Of a stretch of DNA of 64,000 nucleotides, positions 25,773-37,614 are shown piece after piece (position 1 is the stretch's first letter; every line of letters starts with the position of its first letter). This DNA is from Paraspadella gotoi (Eukaryota > Animalia > Chaetognatha): NCBI GenBank assembly GCA_051294375.1, contig CM119266.1, positions 13,518,735 to 13,582,734 of the forward strand, written 5' to 3'. The notes below the pieces were generated by a model, which had not been told where the DNA came from, did not search any database, and saw nothing but the letters and a program-made list of their open reading frames with translations. Position numbers and translations under genes: made by a program.

Positions 25773-27494
25773 TTAATCAAGGCATATGACGATTTCCCTC
25801 TCGCCGATGGTCGCTCCGTTCATCGCGTTCATGGCGACTTCGTTGCAGGCAGGATCCGAAAAAGAAATGAAACAGTAAGCGTCCTGACCCTGATATTTCA
25901 TGTCGACGTTGGAAATTTCTCCAAACCGCGAAAAAGAAGCCAATAGATCAGAGACTGGAGTCTTTTTATCGAGATTGCCGACAAAAAGACGCTGCGACTT
26001 GTCTTCTTCGTTAGCGGGATGATCGTCGTCTTCGACGGCGACGGGCTCGATGGATCGTCGAATAACTTTAGGTCCGTCAGTCGGCGCGGACGTAGAAGCC
26101 GGACGGCCGAAAATCTCGGCGAATTCGGACTCGTCCTCAGAAACGTCAGAAGCCACATCCACGGGAATCTCCGCGCGTTCGACCGGCACGCGCTCTCCGT
26201 CACCCACACGAACGAGCATGACGCGCTGAGCCGGATCGTCGTCGTCGTCGTCGCCGTTTCGACGTTTTTTCTTTCGACCCAAAAAATCGTCCTGCAGTTC
26301 GAGACTGGCGTAGTCGACTTGAGCGGAGACGCCGGAAGAATTTTTTCGCGCCAAAACTGCGAAGGCTTTCGAGGAGCAATCGGCGTCCTGAAAGAGGAGC
26401 AGCGCCTGCCTCTTTTCGCGCTTAATGAATACGTCGGTGAGCGTGCCGAAACGACCCATAACTTTTTGAATCAAACCCGTGTCGAAGTTGTTGAGGAAGA
26501 GAGAGTTAGTGGGGTGATACTTGACGAATCCTATAATGAGGGAGCTACCGTTCACCTTAGACCCCATCAGTTTTTCTCTCGCTCTCACTGCGGCTTCTAC
26601 CGACGAGAACTGAACAAAGGCCTGACCGGAATTTCCGCGCTCTGTGTTCAGATGGCGCAGCTCGAGGTCGTAGATCTCGCCGAAAGGTTGGAAGAGGCAA
26701 CGAAGGTCGTTCTTAGACACATCAAATCGAAGGTTCGTCACGCGAAGAGTCCGAGTCGCGCGCGTATCTCGGGCGTCAATCTTTTTCACAAACTCCGCCA
26801 CAAAGTTAGGAGGAAAATTGAGCTTGGCCATCATCCTCGGGTTTCGCGTCAAGGTGACTACTTTGACTACGTCCCTGTGCGATGGACAGATGGCGATGCC
26901 GTAACGATGATTGCCGGCCTTGTGGTATATCTTGATATCCTGGATACGAGCACTATTTTTCGAAAAGAAATAATGTAACTTGGATTTCACGTTGGCGTCG
27001 GCCATGTTGTCGGGTAAATTTCGGAGAACGGCGGAAAAGGTTTCGTCTAAATCATGCTCAGGTTTAGCGGAGGCCGTAACGGTAACGGCGCTTGAAGCCG
27101 TGGAGTTTTGCTCGGAGATCTTTATTTTCTTTTCATTTGCTTCATTTTTTTTCCACGGCATCGATTCCACTTTCCCGACTTTGGGTGGAGGAACTTCGAT
27201 TTCGTTGAAGGAACGCTTTCGCTTGATTTGTTCCGATTTTTTAATCGGTCTCACGCAGTTCTTTTGAGAACTGTCGATTTCTGGAGATACCTCGTTCCCG
27301 TCAGATAATTGGACACGAACGTCGGACGAGTTGGGCTTCAAGTCGCCCGACAAGAATTTCTCGACCAGGTCACCGCGACCGACATAACTTCGTTTACCGT
27401 CTTTCGCTCGCATTAAAAGAAACAAGTCGGCCGATAAAACGCCGCAACATTTCAACGCCGCTTCCATTAAGATTTTTATCAAGGATTCTTCCAT
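25773..27494 (-). CDS. Intronless multi-RRM protein related to Spen/SHARP RRM2-4, plus an extra C-terminal RRM; no SPOC domain
   Basis: Single ORF from ATG 27494 (MEESLIK). RATRTLRVTNL...FQPFGEI...IGFVKYHPTNSLFL...VDYASLELQ resembles SHARP RRM3-RRM4; C-terminal RLFVGNLDK...FSRFGEI is a further RRM. Confidence 0.8.
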   Translation of the reverse strand: MEESLIKILMEAALKCCGVLSADLFLLMRAKDGKRSYVGRGDLVEKFLSGDLKPNSSDVRVQLSDGNEVSPEIDSSQKNCVRPIKKSEQIKRKRSFNEIEVPPPKVGKVESMPWKKNEANEKKIKISEQNSTASSAVTVTASAKPEHDLDETFSAVLRNLPDNMADANVKSKLHYFFSKNSARIQDIKIYHKAGNHRYGIAICPSHRDVVKVVTLTRNPRMMAKLNFPPNFVAEFVKKIDARDTRATRTLRVTNLRFDVSKNDLRCLFQPFGEIYDLELRHLNTERGNSGQAFVQFSSVEAAVRAREKLMGSKVNGSSLIIGFVKYHPTNSLFLNNFDTGLIQKVMGRFGTLTDVFIKREKRQALLLFQDADCSSKAFAVLARKNSSGVSAQVDYASLELQDDFLGRKKKRRNGDDDDDDPAQRVMLVRVGDGERVPVERAEIPVDVASDVSEDESEFAEIFGRPASTSAPTDGPKVIRRSIEPVAVEDDDHPANEEDKSQRLFVGNLDKKTPVSDLLASFSRFGEISNVDMKYQGQDAYCFISFSDPACNEVAMNAMNGATIGEREIVICLD

Positions 27495-27594
27495 ATTTAA
27501 AATGCCACAAACTACAACAAAACAAAAACAAATACAAATATCAGTTGCATTGAAGAACAAAAGAGGTTAAGAGAAGGCGGCTAAAAAAATAAAA

Positions 27595-29437
27595 TCACGT
27601 GGTCCGGGGTTTGATGCTCATGAATCCCGATGTTTGAGAAAAGTATTTGTTGTCATCGGAAGTCTTTTTCTCCGCCGCACCAGGGTTAACAATCTCCAGC
27701 CCTTGCAAGGGCGTGAAGGCAACGGACGACGCCGTCCCGGAGATCGTCTTTTTGATGGACGTCGTTCCACCAAAAGTCGCCTACAAAGTGAAAAGCGACA
27801 CTGAGCAATAAACTGGGATAAAAAGGCAACCGCAGCCATGTTCCAATTTCTATTCTCACGTGTTGTTGCTTGGCCAAAGTCTTTTGCAACTTTTGGGACA
27901 TTCGGGCGTTGGTGGCCTTGTTGACTTGCGCCTGTCGGATCTTGTTCGAACCGCTCCCGCCCTTTTTCATGGTGCCGAGTGAAAACCCGAGATCGTCCTG
28001 ATAAGCATCTTGTTCTATCTCGCCAAAATTGAGGCGGTTGGCTTGCTTACGAATTTCCGTCATGCCGAGACGTTCCTTCATTTTTCGATATCTTGAAGTG
28101 AAAAATGAAGTTAAAAATTGAATTTACAATATAAAATATTCCAAAAATAATTATTATGATTATACGCACCTTCTTCCACCCCTCTTCTTACGTAGACCCT
28201 CTAATGGAACAGGTAACGCCTTGACAGTTTTCACTGGAGGTGGTTCCATTAACTTATCGACCTTGGCCTCCAACTCGGCGCGAAACTTGTCACCGATGCT
28301 CCCATCTGGAGCCGAGTGGAGGCTGTCGGCTCGTGCGGCGAGAGTTGCTTTGGAGGCCACCAATTTTTGTACTTTGAAGCGAAGATCCTAATTTTAGACG
28401 GTTAGTTTATTTGGTTTTTTGTTCATTATGAAAATATGCCTCGAGGACATTCAAAGCAATTATTGCTCTTTACATTAGTCGGTGCGAGTTGATTATATAA
28501 AAGGAAAATGCCGTGGTATTGCTCTTACCGAAGGCGCCGCTTGCACGACAGGACTATGATAGATGAAACCCGTGTGCGGCAAATTTGTCACGTTGCTGTA
28601 ACCCGAATTGGCACCGCTTCTCTTTACGGACCCAAGCAACTGCACGTTACAAGCGGGTATTTTGGCCAAGTTCGTCAAGCCGCCGGCGACCCCCATAAGC
28701 TTGGCGGCCGTCGGGGCGCCGAGAATGATGGTGAGGTTAGGCGCGAAGACGCCCATGCGAGACTCAACGTAGCGGAGGATCTCGTCCTTGGCCACCACGA
28801 GTCCCAATCCCATATCAACCGCCTCCATGATTCTTTCTAATTCCTCAGCATTGAGATCAGCCCCTTGGGTGGTCGACGCCGTCACGCTGACCACCATGAT
28901 GGTGGCCGGTTTAAGAATCTCCGCCAAATATTCGTTGGATTTCGCCCGCTGAACGTCGTTGCCGAGAGCCTTGATGGTGCGAATGTAGTCGTAGGGGTTC
29001 GGCACCAGGGATTCCAGCTCGGGGAACCGCTTGGAATAATTGTCGGTGCAGTACTTGTGGATGATGGCGATCTCGTGATCAATGTCCACCGCCAGGTTGT
29101 TGGCCTTGACGATGAGCTGATATTCGGGGTCAGCCTCGGCGGGACCGCACACGAAATTAGTGACCCGTTTCCTCTGAAAATCTCGCAATTCGGTCATGGT
29201 TTCGACGAAGCTTTTGCTGGTGCTGAGTTTGGCGACGCTTCGAACGGATTTGCTTCGCTCGTCAGCTTCTTTGGCTTTGGCTTCGGCCAGTTCGTCGCAC
29301 TCCATCTCCTCGTCCTCTTCTTTGATCGTGTCGAGGACGTTCTCCGCCGCTTCCTCAACTTCTTCCTCTTCCTCTTCATCTTCCACCTCACCGTCGTCGT
29401 CCTCCAAATCGGCCAAAAGTTCCTCCGCGAGAGACAT
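27595..29437 (-). CDS. PRPF31: U4/U6 snRNP protein Prp31, multi-exon
   Basis: MSLAEELLADLE; DPEYQLIVKANNL; RFPELESLV; Nop domain APNLTIILGAPTAAKLMG; RKKRGGRR; GTASSVAFTPLQGLEIVNP...KYFSQTSGFMSIKPRTT*. Confidence 0.97.
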
Positions 29438-29554
29438 GTTTTTTTAAAAATACTTGATCTATAAAAAGAATCATAACAAAACGTGTAACAAGGATAAACA
29501 TTGTAATCTAGAAAAAACCTAAAAACAAATTCATTAAATAATCTAACAATAAAA

Positions 29555-32500
29555 TTAACTCGATTCCATATCGCTGTCCTCCATCACACCACTGTCATTG
29601 TCGACATCCATATCGGCCTCCCCTTCCTTATCCGAAGCCTCCAGCTTCATGCTGTTCCACAAGTAATCGAGAAAAGTCGCCTGCTGCGCCAGAATCTGCA
29701 TCCTGTCGTAATGTCGCTGCGTGTAGGGCAAGAGACTCTCCAAGACGCCAACGATGCCGGGCGTCTCCTTGAGGTCGGCGGGATCGCGCGCTCGGAGGAT
29801 GATCTCCAACAGAGTTTGAGAGACGCCGTAGGTTCGCGCGTTCGTATTCCAGTTTTTCACGTGCACGAGAAGCGCGTCCAATTGATCCGGGCGGAGGCGT
29901 ACGATGAGTTTTTCAATTCTCTCGCGCCAATCGGGAAGTGCGAGAAGGAGGTTGCAGATTCGTAGGAGGTCACGAGGTCTGTTGAGATCCAGGGCGAGGA
30001 GGAAGGCGCGGAAAAAGTCCTAGTCGAGGGCAAAAAGTATAGATTCCAACGCAAGAAATTATTAAAGCTCCTAATCTCAGAAAAAGATTAGTTGACACCT
30101 TAAGTTGCAAACAATTGGAAAGGCTTTGATCCTGCAATATCTTTTCCTCCTTTTGCCGCGATTCCTCCAACTCTTCCTCCTCGGTGACGTCTTCAAGAAA
30201 TAAGACCTTCCCGTCGGCGGCACCAGTAATGACGCGGCCGCCGTCGTCAGCTGTCTCCAAGGCCCAAACTTTGGCGTCGTGAAGGTCGAAACTACCAGCG
30301 CACTCCGCGTTCTTCACCGTCCACAACTTTTAAATAGAAGACTTGTGGGTAAAAAGCATATACATCAAACAATGTATATATCGCGATCCTCACCTTAACA
30401 AGACCGTCCGAGCCAGCGGACACTATCTGCATTCCTCTGGTGACAAAGGCCACGGCCAGAACGGAGGCGTCGTGGGCGTCGATCGACTTGATGCAAGAAA
30501 AATCCGACAAAGCCCAAAGCTTTATGGTTCCGTCAGCGCTGGATGTTGCTAAAAATAGAAATAAACTGAACAATGAGACGCTTAACTAATGTGTAAAAAT
30601 TATAAAATTATTACCTAAAATTTGATCAACCGTGGAAAATTTAAGGGACCAAATTCCTCTCCTGTGACCGTTAAATTTGCCCAAAAGGCCACCATCTTCT
30701 TTCAACCAGAGCTTAGCTGCAAAAAAAAAAAAAGAACTTAAAAGCAATTTAATTCAAGAAACATATTAAAAAAATTAAACAAACCAGTTTTGTCTTGAGA
30801 ACCAGTGGCAATAAACTTGTCATTTGGGGAGATCGCAACGGTATTGATATCTTTGGAATGAGCGACAGCAGTAAATATTGATTTCAACTTCTTTAACTCA
30901 TCCGTAGGTTTTAATTTTCCCGACAATTTCCAGCATTTAAGAGTAAGATCTTCTCCTCCTGAATACAATTATGATGACATAGAACAAATACTAAATTAGT
31001 AACAGGTTTTGGTCCTTTATTACGCACCAGTGACTAAAAAAGATCCTTCTAAACCGGAAATCGCGCAGGTTATCACGCTTTTTGAATGTCCAGTAGCTAT
31101 CGCAACGCAAATAATTTCGTTAGGATTTTTGTAACTCCAAACTCGACAGGAGCGGTCTTTTCCAACTGTTGCAAGGAGTCGGCGTGTTTCACAGTGATCC
31201 ATTCCAAGAACAGTACTTGTGTGGCCGCGCAATAGCTGAGGGATACAGAATCAGATAAGAAAATAATCAAAATAAAACAGACTTACTTAATAATTAATGT
31301 TTTGATATTAAATCACCTGACAATTCATAGTCGAAAGCTCATATAATTTAACGTCAGGAGAATTCGTGACGACGACAAGAAAAGATTCATCGCTAATCAG
31401 TCGCAACCCCAAAACTTCGTCATTGTTGCCTGAAAAGATTGATGTATATATTTTATTCGTTAACAACAGTTTAATAGTTCATGCGTACAACATGGGATAC
31501 ATTAATATTGAATTTAGTATACTTCTAAACATTGTCTACCCTTTTCGATGAAAAAGTTTGGTCTACTAGGTAAGCATTAATAATAATTGTAAATTCTTAC
31601 CCATAAATATTTTCGCTAAACTTAGATTCTCCAGAGAAATGTGAAAAACGTGATGATGAGTCGTAATGACAGAAATGCAGTTCAACGAAGGCAAATGAAT
31701 CGCGAATGAGACTGAGGCATCGTCCTAAAGAGATAAAAGTGATGAATAAGTAAATCCCTCCGTAAAATGTAACCTCATCTTTGTTAGCTTATATACCTCA
31801 GCATTTTCAGATCCAGTCCCATCAATAACTCCGTGGGCTTGAGTAAAAATTATTTTCGACAAAATCGGATCCAGGATCCGAATCTTTCCCGAACTTCCGA
31901 CTCCCAGTAGGAGTTCGTCGCGTTCGGGCGACGCTTCGTCGGGAAGCAAAGGTCGAAGAAAACTCGCAGGAAACGTCATGAGGGAGCGAACCTCCTCGGA
32001 CAACGGAATCACGGAAAGGGGGGCGTAGGTTTTAAGGCACCAGGCGACGACAATGCGGTCGCGACTCGAAGAATACAGGGTATCGCCATCTGCAGCGAAG
32101 GCGATCGATGTTACAAGACTAAGATTTTAAAAGAAAAATTAATTGAAATAAAAATAAATTATTTAAGTCGATATACTGCAGAAGCACAACCATGTAACTT
32201 ACCTAAAATGCTTGTCCAAAACGGCGAGAGTCTCGCTCGTTTGCAGGTTCCAAACGCGGATTTTGTGATCGTCACTCGATGTAAAGAGTTGGAGGCGAGA
32301 AGTGTCGGGGTGAAACTCGACCTTTTTCACTACGCCCTTGTGGATTCTCAAGTTGTGGGTGCAGTAGGAGTGGAGCATGTCGTAAATCTTGACAGTGCCG
32401 TCGGCGCCGCCGGACGCCAAGAGCGTCGAGGTCGAGTCAAACTTCATGATTTCGACTGGTAGTTGATGTGCGGATTTCCAAGTTCGCACCGGCGTTCGGG

Positions 32501-32855
32501 AGTGGAGATCCCAAGAGACCATGAGGAGTCCCTTGGAGGCGCTGACGAGCTGTTGGTCGTCGGGGCTCAGGGCGAAGCAAGTGATGTCTTCGTCTTCGTC
32601 CGACCCTAGATCGAAGATTTGCTTTTATCAAAGAAACGATAATGAAGTCTTATGTTAATAATTAATGTAAAAGCTCCCACCGAAAGTATCGACGAGCTTT
32701 CCCGTCGAAGTCTTCAACATTTTGATCCGATTTCGAAAAAGGCAGAAAATGTGTTCGCCATTTTTGTCGTAAGTCACAGTTCCTCCCATGTAAAACGGCT
32801 CGATTGTCTCCTTCACTTTCAGTTTCTTCCTCAACTTCGCTTCGGAAGAACTCAT
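29555..32855 (-). CDS. TBL3: Transducin beta-like 3 / Utp13 (SSU processome WD40 protein), multi-exon
   Basis: N-terminal IEPFYMGG; many WD40 repeats (LASGGADGTVKIYD, AHSKDINTVAISPNDKFIATGSQDKT); Utp13 C-terminal domain (WNTNAR...LLPYTQRHYDR). Confidence 0.92.
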
Positions 32856-32964
32856 CTTCACAGTTTACTGATTCACAATTCTATAAAAATAATGGAACAA
32901 TACAAAACATGGAAAAACGATCAGAACAACGGAACTTCGGTTTTTTTTTTTTCAAAAAAATATA

Positions 32965-33855
32965 TCACGAAAACTGAGAGCGCCGATCGACTCGAAGTAC
33001 TTGGCGAAAGGTCATGTTTATGCGAACATTGGGAGCGGTTTTGAGGCTTCTCTTCGGCAACGAATGGTACCAAAAGTCGTTGGTCGGAGAGTTCATCATT
33101 AATAAACTGCCGGATTCTAGTCGGATCTTGACGGGTGGCGGAGCCCCAGCTTTGTGGTCTCCTTTACCACGAGCGTCTTGGTGTCTGAAAATGAAGTCGC
33201 GAGGTTGCCCCAAGGATAGAGAGGCGATGGGAGAACCTTTTACAAGCTCATCTTCGTCGTCTTTATGCTCGCCCATGTGATCACGCCCATCTTGGAGAAA
33301 AATATGAGTAAGGTAAAACTGAAGGGCAAGCAAAAGATGAAAATTAAAATTCGGCAAAGCTTACCCGCGTATCTGTTAATCAACACGAAGTTAAAACAAT
33401 GACCGGTCACCCTTTTAATATCGTTATTTATTTTTGTTAAGAGGGGGATCCATGGTTTAGCCGGAACGACATTGTTCGAATATTTGTAGGTGATACCGAC
33501 GTCCCCAAAAGCGGCCTATGAGAAAAACCAACTAGTCAGCAACAAGTAATTACATTGCGTTGTATTGTATTGTATTTAAACAAATCTAGAGTGTGCGTAC
33601 TTGTTTTCGCGGGATGTCATGCCACTTTCCAAACAAGAAAACTTGACTCAACTGTCCTGAATTATAAGAGATTTCTTTCTCGCACTGTTCAAATAAACTC
33701 TGCGCCTCCGAGGTAGAGAACAAAATTCCATAATCACAATTTAAATTGTCGTTTTTTATTTTTGAGAAGATTTGCGTTTTCTTGGCCGGAATTGGATCGC
33801 AGAGTTCGTTTGATTTTTCCAAATTCCGTTTCCGTTTTCGGATGTATTTGTCCAT
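32965..33855 (-). CDS. ALKBH2: AlkB homolog 2 DNA dioxygenase (3 exons)
   Basis: VFLFGKWHDIPRKQ; FNFVLINRYA|DGRDHMGEHKDDE (HxD); IASLSLG; WYHSLPKR; RINMTFR. Confidence 0.93.
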
Positions 33856-33861
33856 GATTGA

Positions 33862-34134
33862 TTAAAAGTTTTCGAGCTTAAACTTATCTATAGTTTCCAG
33901 AATGAGAGCTAGATGATCCAATAAGGAATTGGTCGCCACTCTCAAATACTTGGGCTCTTGTGAATGAATTTCAACGACGAGGACTTTGTCTTTGACTCGA
34001 AAGCGACGAGAGGTGTTGCTGCGTTTGGGTTCGGCGTCGACTTGCAGCGTACGCGAGGCAATCGTCGCGTGCTCTTCGTTGTCGAAGGGAAACTCGAAAA
34101 ACGCAGAGTAATTCTCTGCTTTGTTTTGGGTCAT
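33862..34134 (-). CDS. LAGE3: KEOPS/EKC complex subunit Pcc1/LAGE3
   Basis: 90 aa: FPFDNEEHATIASRTLQVDAEPKRS...LRVATNSLLDHLALILETIDKF, typical of Pcc1. Confidence 0.9.
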   Translation of the reverse strand: MTQNKAENYSAFFEFPFDNEEHATIASRTLQVDAEPKRSNTSRRFRVKDKVLVVEIHSQEPKYLRVATNSLLDHLALILETIDKFKLENF

Positions 34135-34719
34135 TTCTGCAATGCAATGGTGATGATGGGTGTGTCGATGGAACCGTTATCAGAAATTTAATATAAGAAG
34201 GTTAATCATATAAACATTAGCATGAATTTATATTATTTTTCACGAATCGATTGTGACATGATTTTCTCAATATTTCATTTCGCCATTATTCATGAGGACC
34301 ATACGCCTTAAAAATGGTTGTTGCACATTTTGGAAAAGAAAATGGAGGCAACGAAGACCGGTATTTTTTTTAAAAAATTGATAAAACAATTGGTTGACTC
34401 AGCCATCAATGAAAAGGGAAAAAGAAAATTACAAAAAATATATGAGTTTTAAGAAATACACAGCGGTTAAATATTTTATCACTAACAGGATATGCGACTA
34501 AACGTTCCAAGAAGGGACTTCACACGAACTTCCTTTCTAGCACCGAAGCGACCTCTAACAATACGGTTGACACGCGACGCCAGGATTCGTGCTCTCAATT
34601 GTTCCAGAAATTGTTTTGAATTTGTTTCTCCGCAAAACAGCTTGAAATGAAACAATGAAAGAACTGCAAGTTTCACTTTGTAAAAAGGAAATTTAACCTT
34701 TTTCTTAGCCGTGGACAAC
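34135..34719. promoter_or_regulatory. Probable bidirectional promoter region between LAGE3 (-) and DENND11 (+)
   Basis: Head-to-head start codons about 585 bp apart; inferred from geometry only. Confidence 0.55.
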
Positions 34720-36659
34720 ATGGAGTCAGACTTAGACAAACAAAATCTTTTTACGGACATTTCTGTGATTAGCAATGACGATGAAATTGTGCCCTCTCAT
34801 CATTCCAACAACGATACGTCCAGAACTCCAAACGAGATTGACAGCAATAAACAGATCGTCATTTCTGCAGTTTTTGTAGTAACTTTTGATACTCGATCAG
34901 GTACAACATATTTTAATTTTTATATTGGTTGTACCAATTTCATAAAAGGAATTACCTACTTTTTCTCAGATAATTGTAATAAAGATATCATTTAGGAAAC
35001 ATTATCGAATGGTCTTTTCCTGAAACGATCAACTTGGACGGAATAGAGTTCAAAAGTCTTCCAAGTGGATCTCATAAACTTCAAAACGATTTCGTGTAAG
35101 TTTAATTTTTTTTTTTAATAAATGACTTTTGTGCCTCTACACTCGTAATATTAAGACTATGGGGAAACAAACTCGCTAACAAATGACTATCGTAACCACC
35201 TCGACGTAAGAGAGCGAGAGCAGAATATTCCTAAGCTAGAATTTAACAGGCGGGACTTCCATCCTGCCAGTGTGCCACTAAAATTTTTCATTTCTGTTAA
35301 CCTGTAGGTACTTTAAGTTTGGAGATTGTTATGGTATTTCCTGCTATGAAAAATTGACCCTAGCCCACAGTGAAATTGAAAGAGGTGCTCGAATGAAATC
35401 AGTCGGAGTTATTGCTCCATCATATGAACTACTTCATCGACACAAGCAATTTTTGGAAGAGCAAGTGAAGTACGCGGCAATATTATTATACTCAAGTTTT
35501 AATAATCTCATAAATGCATAATTAAAGGGATGTTTTACAATATAAATTTAGCGAAAACTTGTGATAAGACTATCAGTAATCAGTAATTTCATGAATAGGT
35601 ATCACCTTGCCTCGCCTGGAGATTTCTTACCATTGCAGGAATACTTCCACAAAAACAGAACACTTTCTAGTGAAACACCAGCTTTGACATCTCAAAGTGA
35701 CATACTTTGCAGCATTTCTGTATGTAACAAAAGCTAGCAATAATAATAGAAAATATGAGCAAATGTTTTTCTCATTAAATTCAGGTCTCGTATCCGTCGG
35801 GAAGTTTTAGTCAATTCATAAAGTTTTTTAGCGAAAATATTTTCGTCATTTGGAAATTTGTTCTTCTAAAAAGGCGAATACTTTTTTATGCTCAACCGCC
35901 TATTGGAGTCGTCTGCTACAAAGGTAATAAACGATTAAGACGTGAGAAGAATAATTACTCGTTCATCAAAACCTTTTACACATGCCCTTCAGTATTTTGT
36001 GCCCGCTGTTTGGGAAGCCATGGTTTTTCTGATCTTGCCGATAGAAGGGAACTAACACCCTATTTTTACATCAACGTTGCCGATATATCAACCTTGGAAA
36101 CGGAAAAGAACATCGTTATGGCATGTAAGAAACTGCCTACGTGGTATATTCCTAAAACTCTTTTAGTAGTTTACTTTAATTTATCTGTATTGAAGGTACC
36201 ACCGAGAAAATCTTTCAAAATAAAACATCCCTTTACGACGTGTACGTGGATCATCAGACAATCTCTACACACATACCGACGCTCCAACCTGTCGCAAAAG
36301 CCAATGTAGCCGATAAGGCTAGATTCCACAAACTAACAAGCATTCTAAGGTAATTCAGTTGTTAAAAATAATTATAAGTAGTTTCTTTTATGTAAGTTTG
36401 TGTATCTCTTAGGGCCAGCCAAACCAGCTCTACGGAATCGTGCATTTTAACATTTTTTTCGGATTTAAACACTCAACTATTCCAAACCTTGTTTGACGCT
36501 TCAGTATCTGGAGACAGAACTTTAACCTCCGAAGCTTTGATTGATCTAGGGTTAGATCCAATTGGAGATAGGGTATTCTTAGAAGAACTAGCTGATTTGT
36601 ATGGGATCGACGTTACACTAGTTGTAGACCACGTTTGCTGCCCAATGACAGTCATTTAA
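34720..36659 (+). CDS. DENND11: DENN domain protein 11 (LCHN), multi-exon
   Basis: AVFVVTFDTRSG|NIIEWSFP...GIEFKSLPSGSHK; ERGARMKSVG; WKFVLLKRRILFYAQPPIGVVC; PYFYINVADI; C-terminal YGIDVTLVVDHVCCP. Confidence 0.9.
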
Positions 36660-37221
36660 TTATTGACTTTTGTTTTTAATGACGTTAAATTATTAATCAG
36701 GTTAACAAAAATTGAGATTTATATTCACACCTCGTAGTAAAATCCATGCCATTTCAAGGATTTTTAAAACAAATATGTTGCTTCCGTATTGACACACGCT
36801 GATATTTTTTTAATCTGTGATTAAAGGAAAAAGATTAAATAGCAAAAAGTGCACACGAGTTTACCAAAAACATATGTTAATTTTTTTAAAACTATGTATA
36901 ATTTTAATTTAACGCCCGTTTTGATTTAATTTTATTTTTGAGTCCTTTAATAATCCTTAGAATGCTTTACAGAACGCCCTTTCAACTGAACTAAGCGCAA
37001 GAAATGTTTTAAGAATCAACGTGCAAACATATATCTGATGATTCTACTCAAGTGCACTTCTTGATATTTAACAGAATTTATACAAAAATTTTTAAAAATA
37101 TTTTAAGAAAATGTTGGCAGAACTAGTAATTTTAATGAAGAAAAATTTACTGTTTCATATTTCAGGGATAATTCTACTCCTTGACGCTGCTTTGATTTAT
37201 TTTGTCATATACATGAATTAT

Positions 37222-37482
37222 ATTATTCTTTACACAAATTACTTAAGCGATATGAATCACACTTTGAAAAAGATAGATCGTAAAAATATTCAGATTTCTT
37301 AACTGAAAATTGCGGACTGCAAGATGACAGAATCAGGCTAAATATTTTGTCATTTCCATTAATTATATCATTCTTTACACAAATTTTTTTCAAGCAGTAT
37401 CAACCACATTTTGAAAAAAGTAGAGTAGATGTGATAAGATTCCTTTCGTGAAATTGTCGACTGCAAGATGACAGAATCAGGC
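37222..37482. repeat. Degenerate tandem duplication, ~145-bp period
   Basis: attctttacacaaatt...gactgcaagatgacagaatcaggc occurs twice (about 37224-37338 and 37370-37482). Confidence 0.75.
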
Positions 37483-37614
37483 AAACGATTGGTTTGAAAA
37501 ATAAGCATAACAGTTTTTTGGGGCGATTCATGCAAAAAGGAAACTCTGCAAACCCTGTCCGAAAAAAATACGTGAAACTAATCGTTAGTCGGTATTAGGT
37601 TCCGTTCATACGCA

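Noticed and set aside
26019-26978. 319-aa plus-strand ORF
   Set aside because: Antisense shadow of the GC-rich RRM CDS, like the other shadow ORFs over PRPF31, PLK1 and the DIRS.
37222-37482. Tandem duplicate as possible SL RNA or snoRNA genes
   Set aside because: No convincing donor plus Sm-site arrangement or C/D boxes.
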